From Octopus sinensis (taxonomy: Eukaryota), in the NCBI RefSeq assembly GCF_006345805.1, contig NC_043005.1:106516001-106580000 (forward strand): DNA of 64,000 bases, in the 5' to 3' direction. The notes below the pieces were generated by a model. That model made no database searches. It was not told the DNA's origin and saw nothing but the letters and a program-made list of their open reading frames with translations. How positions within the stretch are numbered: the stretch's first letter is position 1; the number at the start of each line of letters is the position of its first letter. The translations under genes and the position numbers were made by a program. Shown here in pieces: positions 13,177 to 26,784 of the stretch.

Positions 13177-14142
13177 CATTATTATTATTGTTATTATTAT
13201 TAATATTATTATCATTATTATTATTGTTATTGTTATTATTATTATTATTGTTATTATTGTTGTGCACGCCATGATTCTCGAGGATCGCCGAATTTCAGCT
13301 ACAGTCATAGCTGAGACTCTGCGAATGTCCCGCGAAAGAGTTGGCCACAACATCCACACCATTCTGGACGTGAGAAAACTTTCCGTGAAATGGGTGCCGA
13401 AATGCCGGAACGCAGATCGGAAGCGCATCAGAGTGACGATATCAAAGGCGATTTGGGACCTGTTTGCAGGAGGAGAGGCTGATTTTATGGCTCGTTTAGT
13501 CACCATGGAATTTGGCTTCGTGATCATGATCCCCAAACCAAACAGCAATCAATCAAGTGGGGCCACAACGATTCATCGCGTCCCCAAAAATTTCGGACCC
13601 AGAAGTCAGCTCGAAAGATTCTAGCTTCAGTGTTCAAGGGCAAAAACGGAGTACTTCTCATAAAATACCAGCCAAAGAGTCACACCATCAACATAGAATA
13701 CTACATGTCTCTGTTGAACATGCTACATGAGGCTTTGAAGCAGAAACGCTGTGGAAAGCTGAGTTGTGGTGTTCTGCTTTTGCAGGACAATGCACCAGCC
13801 CACACAGCACATGAAACTACGCGACTTTGGTTTCGAATTGGTAGAACATCCACCTTACGCACCTGACTTGGCTCCCTCCGACTATCACCTTTTTCCACAA
13901 CTGAAGGAACATCTACAGGGAACGAAATTTTACTCCGTTTCGGAAGTAATCGCTGCTACAGAGGCCTGGCGGGAGGCCCAACCTTCCGAGTTCTTTGTAC
14001 AGGTTTTAGAAAAACTGAAGAAGAACCAGGGCAATAATTGTGTAAATCTGAGAGCGGAATATAGGTTGAATAAAAATCATAATTAACTGATCTTCTTGTA
14101 TTTTCTTTTACCCAAAGGCAGAAACATTTCAGCACCCTCTCG
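12130..14142 (+). mobile_element. mariner (DD34D-type) transposon relic
   Basis: Left TA|CGAGGGAATGCTGAAAAGTTCC and degenerate inverted copy at 14117-14142; transposase motifs KTEAQAVMK, MILEDRRIS...RKLSVKWVPK, LLQDNAPAH, HPPYAPDLAPSDYHLFPQLK; frameshifted. Confidence 0.93.
12337..13261. repeat. About 925-bp (TTA)n/(TTG) microsatellite inside the mariner transposase ORF
   Basis: Direct repeats between ATGAAG and GTGCACGCCATG. Confidence 0.97.
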
Positions 14143-14334
14143 CATAAACGTCACTTAATCATACGAACATTTTTAGTTAATGTATAAATTCCTGTTATTT
14201 TCACTGAATTCGAACTACTTAATTATATTCAATGTTTGTTAACCTAGTTAATTTAATATGATCTCTCAGATAAAGCTATTTGCTTCTCTTTCTTTGTCAA
14301 ACTTTCACAAATTGTTTTTTTATTCAATGGCCAA

Positions 14335-14655
14335 TTATTGGTTACAGATTTGGACAACAACTTCCGTGCTCAACTGGTACTTATTTTTTTGTCCCCAAAA
14401 GGATAAAAGGCGAAGTCGACCTCGGACGAAATGCCTATTTCTTTACTAACCACAAGGGGCTAAACACAGAGGGGACAAACAGATTAAGTCGATTACATCG
14501 ACCCCAGTGCGTAACTGGTGCTTAATTTATCGACCTCGAAAGGATGAAAGGCAAAGTCGACCTCGGCGGAATTTGAACTCAGAACGTAACGGCTGACGAA
14601 ATGCCGCTAATACTTTCTCCTAGCGTGACAACGATTCTGCCACGGCGCCGCCTTC
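14335..14655 (-). mobile_element. SINE family B: head-body-Tx1-like tail followed by a second, degenerate body
   Basis: Reverse complement reads GGCAGAATCGTT..., GAGTTCAAATTCC (B box), tail ...AGTAAAGAAATAG then GCATTTCG and a second body. Confidence 0.85.
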
Positions 14656-14823
14656 AATGTCCAACATATTGTAGGTGGTTTCTTAATTATTAATATGTTT
14701 CTGCGGTTTCTTCGATCGATTTTGTCTGGTTGAAAGCTCGCTTCGAAGAACGTAGTTTCATGATCGATCTCACAGCACAGTAACCTGAGTGAATATCATT
14801 TCTCATCACCTCCGATCAACCAA

Positions 14824-14838
14824 TGTACTACTACTACT

Positions 14839-14892
<54 letters not shown>

Positions 14893-14916
14893 TTACTAAT
14901 AATAATAATAATAATA
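14824..14916. repeat. (TAC)n(TAA)n array at the 3' end of the minus-strand Tx1 copy
   Basis: Direct repeats. Confidence 0.95.
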
Positions 14917-14917
14917 G

Positions 14918-17015
14918 TTCTTTCTTTACTGGCCACCATGGCTGAACACAAACATAGAGGACGATACACAAACAAGGGACAGTGAGATTAAACGTGTAAA
15001 CAGCAAACAAACACAACGATTCACAGAGAGATTATATTAACAATATGCTTCCTCAATAGGAGGGAGAAGGTGACAAAAGAAACCTCTCCCACTTTGGACC
15101 CCTTAACACTAATAGCCCCCCAGGAAGGCACCGTCTCTACTACCTTCCATCTGGCCTACAGTCGCACACTTAGAGCAGGCCTATTCACGCGGGCTAGTCT
15201 TGCCACATTCTCCCATCTTTCAACGAACTTACTGGGTGACAGTAGCTCCCTCTCCAGCCTCACTTTCCCATTCAAGTGCAACCTGAAAAAGTTACTGAGG
15301 CCTTGGTCACAGAAGGTATCCGTCTTCAACTTTTTCAATCGCGTCCACCAAGCCGGATCCGTCATACACGTGACAATAGCTGTTAACAAAGCTCCACAAG
15401 TCAGCAATATGCGGACACTGTACAAGGGTATGCAGAACGGTTTTATCGCTCCGCATGCATCTCAAACGTGCCTGACTGACAGCACACCCGTGCCTGTAGA
15501 CCTTATCTCGAACCGGCAGCGCCCCCTGGTAGCACTGCTAGGCCAGGGATTCCTGGAAGTTATCCATAGTTCCGGGCCAAAAATGCTCCGGGAGAACCTG
15601 TTGATTCCCTATCGACGCTCAGGACCTCTCCGAATACGTCGTCGCTCTTGCCCTCCACTAATCCCCTATAGAGCTCCAAGGTGGAACTTGGATCGCATTA
15701 CCGACCGCATTGCTCGACTGGCCGTGGAATGTGAGCGTTTGGAGGCACTCTAGGTGCAAAGTGCCGTCTCAGTCTACGCCTGATCCATGACTGTAGGTCC
15801 GTCAATATGACGAGCTGCGGAAAAGTGCATTCAACAAACGGCGACCACACTTGCCCCATTAAGGTATCGCTGGAGATGTCGCAGCCTCAGCGCATGTCTG
15901 TGCATCCTCAGCCTCGGCATGCCCAGTCTTCCAAGCAACGAGTGCTGACTGAAAATATACCGTCTCACAAGCGATACCTGTCCCTTTCATAGGAAGCGGA
16001 AGAGCAAACGCACCAGCCCGTTCAGCCACGAAGAGGGGTAGGGGACGACAGTCAGCCGGTTGCATATGAAGGACCGAATTTTCAGGGACAGCTTCCTCTC
16101 GGCCCATTTCTGGGTGAGACTGGCGATCCTGTCTATCACCTCACCCCAGTTATTGTCCACTTAGATATCCGGACCGAACCAGACCCCTAGCAACTTAAGA
16201 GATCCTTCCGTTCAGAGCCCCACCACGCTGTCAGTTGGAATGGGCCTGCTTCTCCAGGTGCCGAGCTGCAGGCCTGCTGACTTCTGGTTGATCATTACTC
16301 CTGTCACCGCTTCATATTCCCTTAGTGAAGTGCGGCCATCTCGATATTTGAGATGTCCGACACTATCACAGTGACGCCGTCAGCATACGTCAACACGCAC
16401 CATCCGCATCCCAGTTCACGGGGGATGCTCCTCGAAAACTCCAGCTTCCGCAGTAACGCCTCGAGTACCAGTATGTAGAGACGGTGTGAGAATGGGCATC
16501 CTTGACTGACCGAACGTGCGATACTAAACGATTCCGAGAGGTGGCCATTTACTTTGACCACCGAACAGATGTCGCTGCACATTGCAGCGATCCAGCCTCT
16601 GGAAACAGGACCGAAATCAGCCGTCCTGAGGACAGCCTCCAAGTACAGATGGTCGACCCTATCAAAAGTTTTCAATTGATCAAAATGGATCAGGGCCCTA
16701 TCCATGCCAGGTTCTTTACCAACCCTCTCTATGATGTATTGCGTGAGATAGAGGTTGTCGTGTATAGTTCTGCTGGTAATAGCGCAAGTCTGCGCACCAC
16801 CCACCAGTCGGTCAACAAGCGCCAGCCTCTTTGCTAACATCTTGGCCAAAATTATATAATCTGTATTTAGCAGAGTTACGGCCTAAAGTTATCAACAATG
16901 TCCCCCTTGTTCGGATCCAGGAAATCCAGTCTGAACCTGTCTGCGAGCTGGAAACGACTGAGCAGGTTTGTGAGAGTTCCAATCGCCCACTAACACTAAA
17001 GGGAGAGACGTCTGC
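14918..17015 (-). mobile_element. Tx1/L1-clade LINE, degenerate and internally deleted
   Basis: EN remnant TSLPLVLVGDWN, RT motifs AKMLAKRLAL...QTCA...DNL...FDRVDH, VSQGCPFS, YADG; SDKTVLHTLVQC; C-terminus WWTRLKKL...RWENVAR; homologous to 37427-41419. Confidence 0.9.
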
Positions 17016-17019
17016 TTTG

Positions 17020-17760
17020 TCATCAGCAAATGATCATGTCTCTTTTTTGAAGATAACGCTCTTTTCTCCATCCACCAGTCATGAGGTCTCTGAAAATTGT
17101 CACGGACGGTACTATTCCTCCTTTAATAAGACGTTGAATAAAGTTTTTGTAAAATTCTAAGAACTCGCACTTAATTATCATTCTTGTTGCATAAATTTGA
17201 TGAGAAAAATATCTACTGAATTTAAAGATAATTTTGGCAGCAAGCATGATCGTGTATACAAATTGAGGTGAGGGAATCCCATCGGATGGATTGAACAAAA
17301 TGAATTATGGTACATATTTCCTTTTGCTTCACCGGTCCAAAATTGGCTCCAACCAATGTAACTGACTCATAAAATTAAATATGTTTTAGGTAATTCTTTC
17401 AGAAGTTGTCTTCCTTAATATTTCAATCATAATAGGCGTAAAAAGTAAGTAAAATTTTAATTTTACTCCTTTTGCGATAATACTAGCCCTTCTGGAAACA
17501 TGAATTCTGAATTTACTGATACTTGGACGGTTTGACATAGAATCTAAGCCATAAAATACCAAAAAGCAGTAGTACATCAGACTCATTGGTAACAAATCAG
17601 TGGAATAATAAAAATATATGGCCCAAATCAATGGAACCATTATTTTGTTTTCTATCTAATGGCTAAGAAACCATGTTCATAATTCCGACATTTCTTTATA
17701 CATATTGACACAAGTTAAGTGAATTAGCTGGTGAAATCTTTTGATTTTTTCAAATCTCCT
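17020..17760 (-). mobile_element. Highly degenerate Penelope-like RT remnant
   Basis: Frameshifted motifs in PLE order: HGFLAIR, FWTG...SIHP, RSC.PK, FYKNFIQRLIKGG (cf. L..RGY). Confidence 0.45.
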
Positions 17761-18958
17761 GCTCTGAGACTGTTACCTTGATTTTCATCATCAGATTCAG
17801 TCCGCTTTACCTTTACTCTGGTTACTGTTAACAATATATGTTCACTGTATTGAATTGTTATCTATCATTTTTGCAGACTGACTTATCTAAATTGTATCCG
17901 TTTCGATAATCTCTTACTAGCTCGGAAACAGATCCATCCCCTTCATTTATAATAAGAATTAATATGGTCAGTGTCTTTCTCTCTTCCCCATATTTATTAC
18001 CATCAAATACAGTTGTTGGAAATAGCAAAATGAAAAGCATGGAGGAATAAAGTACCTCCTTTCCTCTTTTCTCTGTCTTTCTCTCTCACTCTCTCCTCGT
18101 CTCTCTCTCCCTCTTTCATTCTCACCATCATGGTCTCCGTCTCCATATTTCTATAACCTAATGATTAATATATACATTCATATGATGGTATACATACTAC
18201 AATAGCAACACCTATATATAGAGTATATATTTTCTCTCTGTCTCTATCACTTTCTCTGTATACATGCAGAATCTCTTTCTCTGTATACATACATGTATAA
18301 TGCACATAAACACTCACTTATACACTCACGTTCATGCACAACAACAGGAAGGACACCAGATACATTGACATCTGATTTAAAATAAAATATGACACATGGC
18401 TCCAACAATAATAATTAGTTTTATCATTGGATCCATCTACGATCTCCTAACATAGATTACTTGATCAAATGGAATAATATAGAAAATGAAAAGTTCCAGT
18501 GTTGTCAAAGGAGACAGGACTCTAGTTGATGCAGCTATTATCTTATGATGTGGATTTTCTCCAGGATAACACTCCTGACGGCACTAGAAATTATCAGGAA
18601 CAATGACGTCAGAGAAAGAAGATACTCTAAATATCTTGTGGCGATAGTAAGAAGTGCTAAATTACGATGCAATCATGGCTGTGTAACGAAAGTTGTTCGT
18701 TTAACTGCACCGAGATCTATCGTGGAAGGGGTATTGCTAAATGGCTAAGAAGTTCACTCCGAAACCACTACCTCTCCTGTTCGATTCCACAGCATGGTAT
18801 TTTGAGGGTCTTTTATTGCCTCGAGTTCAATCAAAGACTTGTGAGCGAAATTAAATAGACGTAAGCTATCCTGAGATGGTTTCTGCCTGTAATTCAAAGG
18901 TACAGCTTTGTCCCGTAGATTCTGTTTGAGAATTATGCAAAGTGCGACGTTGATTAAA

Positions 18959-19344
18959 TCTCTCTATATATAAACGGCAAAATGTGTGTGTGTGTATGTG
19001 TGTGTGTGTGTGCGTATCCTTTATACAAAGCCACAATTTTTCAGTTAGAGGGCTCGCAGTTTTTATGGTTATTCAAAACCGTCCCAGGGTGGTCGTGCAC
19101 ATCTTTACATTTCCCCAGCCACCCCGCAAGGCCATTAAAAAAAAATCAATAGAAGTGACTTTTTGTGAATTTTCTAACCAAAACCCAATCAAAATGCCAG
19201 AAACATGATACGCCAATTGAAAGCTTGCTAGCTGTATGTGATTGGTCGGAGATTTAGACAGTACTCGCGTATATGTGCTCACGCACGCAGCTGTATATGC
19301 ATGCACTAGCACTATGACCCGGTGTTGCTGGGTCATAGTGCTAG
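18959..19344 (+). mobile_element. Non-autonomous Helitron (386 bp)
   Basis: A|TC 5' end (TCTCTCTATATATAAA + TG repeats), 3' CTAG|T with inverted repeat CTAGCACTATGACCC/GGGTCATAGTGCTAG. Confidence 0.85.
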
Positions 19345-20421
19345 TGAGTAAATAATTCAGTTGTTCGAACAAGTGAACCCTCCTCATCAAACGTGACGGA
19401 GATCCATTTACTTATTGACTCCTAATTATATCTTCTTGTATCTTTATATCTTTGTTAAATGCGTTCTTTTCTATCCTGACTTCGACGTGACCAATGCCTT
19501 GTCAGTGAAATTGGATTGACAGTAATTATGTGGAAGCCCCTCAGATGGACTGTGCGTGCTCTTTGGTGACAGACATAACCTTTTTCCTGTTTATCACCAT
19601 AACATGGTGGTTACATGTCTTTTGCGGTCTCAGCTATATTGCTAGCATTTGGATAAGGTCTCTGACTGAGAATATAAATATATTTCTTAATTTCTAGCAC
19701 CAGATTTAAGAGTCCCCCCCCCAAAAAAAAAAGATCATGAAACTTATTCTTCAGTCTCTGACTAAACCATAAAACCAAAAGGATAAAATTAATTGAATGA
19801 TTTAATTCCCTGATTTCAGCGAGTGTGCTGTGACCCTATGGTGCTGGCTTAGAGTCGATGCAATTAGTTCCACAACCTAGAGCAAATTCCAGTTTCGCCA
19901 AAACAGTTTACAAATGAAGACAAGCTAGTTAGGAATAACAAGCATACTCTATACATCAGTCATTCACAATTTATGAATTTCCTGGTGAATTGTAGTTCAT
20001 TTGTCAGGAGATTAAGTATATCCCAAACAAACCATACAGATGACAACTAGAGATACTGCAGTTGAAATGGCCCATACAGTATTAGCTAGTACAACACTAT
20101 ACAGATATACTCCAGTAGTTAGAGAAGGGAAACACTGAAGAAGCAAAATAAAGATGCTTCTGAATGTATTAGATTATGTGTAAGGTCCTTTAATTTATTT
20201 CGTTTTTGTCATACAGGTATGAGAAAGTTCTCATCGACATCAGTGACCTAGTGTCTTTCTAGAGACGAATTTATCGTTAAAGATAATCTACGCGAATATA
20301 AAAGCAAAGCAAAGTGATGAAAATCCGAATTGTGTCCGATCAGTGAACAAAAAAATCGAAAGACAGAACTCGTAACCATGTGGTTCGTACGCAAGTTACT
20401 AACTACACAGCCACTCCTACG

Positions 20422-21250
<829 letters not shown>

Positions 21251-21298
21251 GGATCTACCAAGTTTCATTATTAAGGATGGAAAGTAGTGTGTAGCAAA

Positions 21299-21679
21299 TC
21301 TATATATATAAAGCTGTAGTTGTCTGTGTGTGGCAGGTTTGGTAGCCTTCAACTAACACTATCTCCTCCGAGACTCTGCAGTGCAAGTTGACCAAAATTG
21401 AGAGTATGATAGAAGAAGGCTTGCTCTTTATTCTGTAGCAGATAAAATTCAAATCGGACCATGTTAACACCAAAAATTATTTACATCAAAAAGGTGCTTT
21501 TTTTTAATGAAAATCCTTATTTTTTACGATTTTTGACTGCTGTGTCACCAATTTTCGGTGTATTTCAACTGCAAAAATGTTCACTTGAAGAGAATAACAA
21601 GTTGCAAAATTTTTACTTTTCAAAAATTCCAATTCTAAAGGGTCGAAACAAACCCAAGCAACACGGGTGATACTGCTAG
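21299..21679 (+). mobile_element. Non-autonomous Helitron (381 bp)
   Basis: A|TCTATATATATAAAG 5' end; subterminal hairpin ACCC...GGGT (21652-21668); CTAG|T 3' end. Confidence 0.85.
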
Positions 21680-21854
21680 TATATTTATATATATATATAT
21701 TTATATTTATTTATATGTATGTCTGTATGTATGTATGTATATATTATATATATATAATATATATTATAATATATATATATATAATATATATATATATATA
21801 GCTATTATATATATAATTATATAATATATATATATATGTATATATATGTATGTA

Positions 21855-21894
<40 letters not shown>

Positions 21895-22055
21895 ATATAT
21901 AATAATATTTATATGTAATGTATATGTATGTACTCGTATGTACATATGTATAAAGACATACACAAAAACAAAGTTATATATAGGTCGGTTAATACAAAGA
22001 TAAAAATTTTAACTCAAAACGCCATATATATTTTAATATTATTCTTTTCTTCTCT

Positions 22056-22236
22056 AGGCACAAGGCCTGAAATTTTGGGGGAGGTGGCCAGTCGATTAGA
22101 TCAAGTCCAGTTCGCAACTGGTACTTAATTTATCGATCCCGAATGAATTAAAGGCAAAGTCAACCTCGGCGGAATTTGAACTCAGAACATAAAGCATTTC
22201 GCCCGTCGTGCTAATGTTTCTGTCAGCTCGCCGTCT
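22056..22236 (-). mobile_element. SINE family B, single copy with the standard tail
   Basis: Reverse complement GGCGAGCTGACAGAAACATTAGC...GAGTTCAAATTCC...GGCCTTGTGCC. Confidence 0.85.
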
Positions 22237-22687
22237 TCTATCTTAATATTAAATGGCAGAAGTCACAAAGACATTCCAGGGCCAGGAGTTCCTGGCACCT
22301 GTGAGTGTCATTGATGAAACCGTGGGTCCTTCGTGCCAATTAAAAATATGAAAAAAATGTAACAAAATATCTTAACTTTCACACCCAGATGATATGTACG
22401 TAAGTATAAAGGAACTGATACCCATATGTACTAACGCAGACAAACGATTATAAATGCATACTCACACACAGGTATATATATATATATATTAATATAAATA
22501 TATATATATTAATATAATATATTATATATATATATATATATTATATATATATATATAAGTATGTATGTATATGTATGTGTGTGTGTGTGAGTGTGTCTGT
22601 AATTTAATATATATATATATATATATATACATATATACATATATGTGTATATATATTATATATACATAAATATAAAAATACACACAT

Positions 22688-22755
<68 letters not shown>

Positions 22756-23894
22756 TATATATATATACTCATATATATATATGCACATAAATACAGAAAT
22801 ACGTCTATTAAAATAGTGCCTATGTTTATATCTAATATGAATGTGTATGCTTGTGTGTATATATATATACATATATATACACGCACACATCCAGGCACAC
22901 ACGTTCATATTAGATATAAACATAGGCACTATCTTAATAGACGTATTTCTGTATGAGTATTTCAAAGCATTCAAGTATGTAATTTGTATGCATGTATGTT
23001 AGTATGTAAGTATGTATGGAACATTAATGGGCAGCGATTTTTACAAGCACAAACAGGGCAAGTGGAGTTGGGGAGGCGAATGGAATGCGTAGATGTTGTG
23101 TTTTGTATCTGCAAATTAAAAGAGACACCTACTAGTCTAGCTTCACACACATTCGAAATTCACAAACTGGTTCTGACATTCTGCCAAAAGACTTGAATCT
23201 AACCAGACATTACAAGGGATTTGAAATGCTACTTCCCCACCTCTCGCTACAAACACACGCACTCACACACACACAGACACAAACTCACACACATACGCAC
23301 ATACAAACACATACGCGCGCGCGCAGAGTCATGTAGACATACACATCGTATCCAGTGGAGCAAAGTGAGAGAAGTTTAAAGTTTTGTCACTTTGTATATT
23401 GGGTGTTTAGTAGCCTGGAGTGTCTGTCCTTGTTTATTTATTTATTAATGTATCTATTTATTATTTTTTCTGATTCCGTTTGGAGAGCAGGCCCGTCGTG
23501 TCTGCTGGGGAGAAGGGAGAAAAATACCTTGGGACAGTTGACCTGATCCGAAAGGCTGTAACCGAGGTGCACCCTAGTAAAAGCACCGAGGTTCCAGTTG
23601 GTGGCGTTAAACAGGGGATGACGAATGAAGTCGATCAACCAAAGAACAAGAATGGTTCCACAGAGTCCTCGTTTACTAAAGTTTCTTGTGAGTCTCATGA
23701 GTCAGAGTAGCAGTTCCAGTGCATCTTCCTTACCATCCTGCGAGACAACACCTTTTCCATTTTGTCTTCTAGGACCGTCAGACGGTCAGAATTAAAGGTA
23801 ATTGTATGTTGTTCCACTCCTTAATGTAAAGTTTCTCTCTCTAAAAAGGGAACTGCTACATAAATATATTTGCATGTACGCACACACACGCAAA

Positions 23895-23934
<40 letters not shown>

Positions 23935-24139
23935 CAGACACACACACTATAATGGTATTAGTACCGAAGCAGGAATTTAGTATTTATTGGCCCCCTAGGC
24001 TATGGTACACGACACTGACTTCAGGCGCCGTACAGAAGGACTGAAGAGAAACGTCACTTACGAAGTAAGGTTCTTAACCACACTGCTTCACCTGCAAGCA
24101 GGTTGTTTTTTTATCAATAGATTGGTGCAGTCCTTTATT

Positions 24140-24337
24140 CTTTTATTCTTTTACTTGTCTCAGTCGATTGACGGCGGCCATGCTGGAGCATCGCCCTCAG
24201 TCGACCAAATCGTGCCCAGGACTTATTCTTTGTAGGATCAGTACTTATTTATCGGTCAGTTTTGCTGAACCACTAAGATACGGGGACGTAAACACACCTA
24301 CATTGGTTGTCAAGCGATGGTGGAGGAACAAACATAC

Positions 24338-24340
<3 letters not shown>
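24140..24340 (-). mobile_element. SINE family A 3' half
   Basis: GGCCATGCTGGAGCA...CGGGGACGTAAACAC...TTGTCAAGCGATG. Confidence 0.85.
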
Positions 24341-24368
<28 letters not shown>

Positions 24369-24524
24369 CAAAATTAGGAAATGGAGAAACATACTTAAAT
24401 CAATCAAACATCAACCATCAGATGATACCCAATCAATACTTTATTACACCATTACATAACAGCAAAGGCATTATTGTAAATATAATTAGACAAGGAAATA
24501 GAAATATAAAATATAAAATATAAT

Positions 24525-24740
24525 ATATAATGGCCCAGTGGTTAGGGCAGCGGACTTGCGGTCGGAGGATCGCGGTTTCGATTCCTAGACCGGGCGTTGT
24601 GTGTGTTTATTGAGCGAAAACACCTAAAAGCTCCACGAGGCTCCGGCAGGGGATGGTGGTGATCCCTGCTGTACTCTTTCACACCACTCTAAAGGCGGTG
24701 CTCCAGCATGGCCGCAGTCAAATGACTGAAACAAGTACAA
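24525..24740 (+). mobile_element. Chimeric SINE: family C head and body joined to family A 3' tail
   Basis: TGGCCCAGTGGTTAGG...GTTTCGATTCC (A/B boxes) to about 24690, then TAAAGGCGGTGCTCCAGCATGGCCGCAGTC. Confidence 0.8.
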
Positions 24741-24802
24741 ATATATTATATATATTATATATATATATATATTATCTATATATATATATATATATATATA
24801 TT

Positions 24803-25125
24803 ATAAGAGAGTGACCACTATATGGTCGACTCTAGCGCTAAAAATAGATCTGCTATGGTATTAGCCACTAATAGCGGTTTAATAAATTGTTTTCTAGACA
24901 AATTCTGCTGATGACCTATGGATGTTGTGTAAGTAAAATTGCATATACATTAATATCGAAACAATTGTCCAGAGTTAATCTATATTTTTTGTTATTTTTC
25001 AAATGCCCTGCTCATTTACGTTAAATGTTGTGCTGACTTTCCTTGGAAACAATTTTTTAGTGGCTAATACCATAGCGGATCTATTTTTAGCGCTAGAGTC
25101 GACCATATAGTGGTCACACCCTTAT
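24803..25125. mobile_element. MITE with 61-bp terminal inverted repeats in TA-rich flanks
   Basis: 24811-24871 versus 25057-25117 inverted, 1 mismatch; partial extension to the flanking TA; superfamily and TSD unresolved. Confidence 0.9.
24895..24982 (+). ncRNA. Candidate type I hammerhead ribozyme
   Basis: AATTCTG-CTGATGA-[stem II region]-GAAA-CAATTG-TC|CAGAGTT; stem I pairs 24901-07 with 24970-76; atypical stem II junction. Confidence 0.55.
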
Positions 25126-25227
25126 ATATGTGTATATAAATTTTTATTGTATCCCTGTTTTTTTATGCGCTAAGCCACTTGGTGTTAAATTGATGGTATT
25201 ATTAAATTAATATCCAACTTTTCACCC

Positions 25228-25265
<38 letters not shown>

Positions 25266-25313
25266 AAACATATTTAATGATTTAAGGATTTATATATATA
25301 TATATATATATAT

Positions 25314-25470
25314 GTACACGAGCTTCTTTCAGTTTCCATCTACCAAATCCACTCACATGGCTTTGGTCGGCCCTAGGCTAATGGGTTATTTGTCCAAAGT
25401 GCCGCGCAGTGGGACTGAACCCGGAACCATGTGGTAACCAAGCTGCTTATCACACAACCACGCCTGCACC
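25314..25470 (-). mobile_element. SINE family A head
   Basis: Reverse complement of the head and GGATTTGGTAGATGGAAACTG. Confidence 0.85.
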
Positions 25471-26720
25471 TGCAGTGTATTTGTCTTAGTTGTTGTTGTT
25501 AGCTCCCAGACAAATATGATCAAACACGTAAACGTATAATCAAGGATATTCCAACCGCAACAGTCCCACAATATTTTATATGTTTCATTTGTTTGTCGCT
25601 TAGCGTAATGATTCGCGTATTGGGCTCCTATTTATAAGATCGTGACCTCGAATACCAGACAGACAAAGTGGCGTGTGTCTCTTTCAGCAAGGCGTTGCAT
25701 TTGACTTTGCTCCAGTTTCATTCAGGCGAAAATGAATGTCTGCTTAGTGCTGATGCAACCTTTTTCTCTCTCCTGTTGTCATATCCTCGATGCTTTTCTG
25801 GGTCAAGGTGGGATCGCTGAGTGGGTGTCTATATCTACAGGCGACTAAGAAGGCACCTAAAACGATTAGAGAAAGCATCGTATATGTTATCACGTCATGC
25901 TAACTTCGGAGTGACAGCTTTAGAGTGTTCTTTTCGCATGTATTTGTATCTTTGTTCACAGGTCTGCATGATCTTGGTGCGTAGGAGTTCAACAACAACA
26001 CATTCACATACACATACTCAAGTAAACTTAAAAAACAAATCTAAACACAGGTAAGTCTCAAGTTCAATTCCACTGCACGGAATCACCTTGGACAAGTGAG
26101 TTCTTTCTTAGATACGAGTGGCCAAAGCCTTGTGAGCGAAACTTGGTTGGAGGAATCTTCATGGAAGACTGACCGTGAGGCCATTCCTGTTTACGGGTAG
26201 TCGAATAAATTATTTGTCTACCATTTGTCTTGTGTTTAAAACCTTTATTAATTCTCCATATCTCACAGTTGACCGGATGTATGTACCTAAGTTAGTAAGG
26301 TGGCTAGAGACAGTGTCGATTTCTTTAACAGGACCTCCCAGACAAGTACGACATTTGTCTTGCTGATTGATTATAATCTGCGAAAAAATATGGGTTGGTG
26401 GTCAGATCCAAACGATTTTTGCTGACTGAATTGAAATGCTCGGCAAGGAGATATACTAAGACTGCTACTCATTAAATAACACACTGCGACTGTCAGGATT
26501 AGGATTTTCAAGGAATATTTTTAGGATTTTGCCTACTGCATTTACAAAACAGTGGAATCAGTTCTAGAGTTTAGTACTATACTATACCAGATCAAGTAAA
26601 TAACCCGATGAAAGAAAAACGATATAATTACTTTCAATATAAATCTCCTCAGAGATATGACGATCAGGCATTTGCCCAAAGATAGCACACACACAGACAG
26701 ACAGACAGACAGACAGACAC

Positions 26721-26772
<52 letters not shown>

Positions 26773-26784
26773 ATACATATACAC

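Noticed and set aside
17386-17640. Hydrophobic minus ORF as a GPCR or Cys-loop (chemotactile) receptor fragment
   Set aside because: Neighbouring frames give PLE RT motifs in the right order; no Cys-loop or TM architecture.
24525-24600. tRNA gene
   Set aside because: The tRNA-like head runs into a SINE body with no complete cloverleaf or T-run terminator; the same applies to the other SINE heads.
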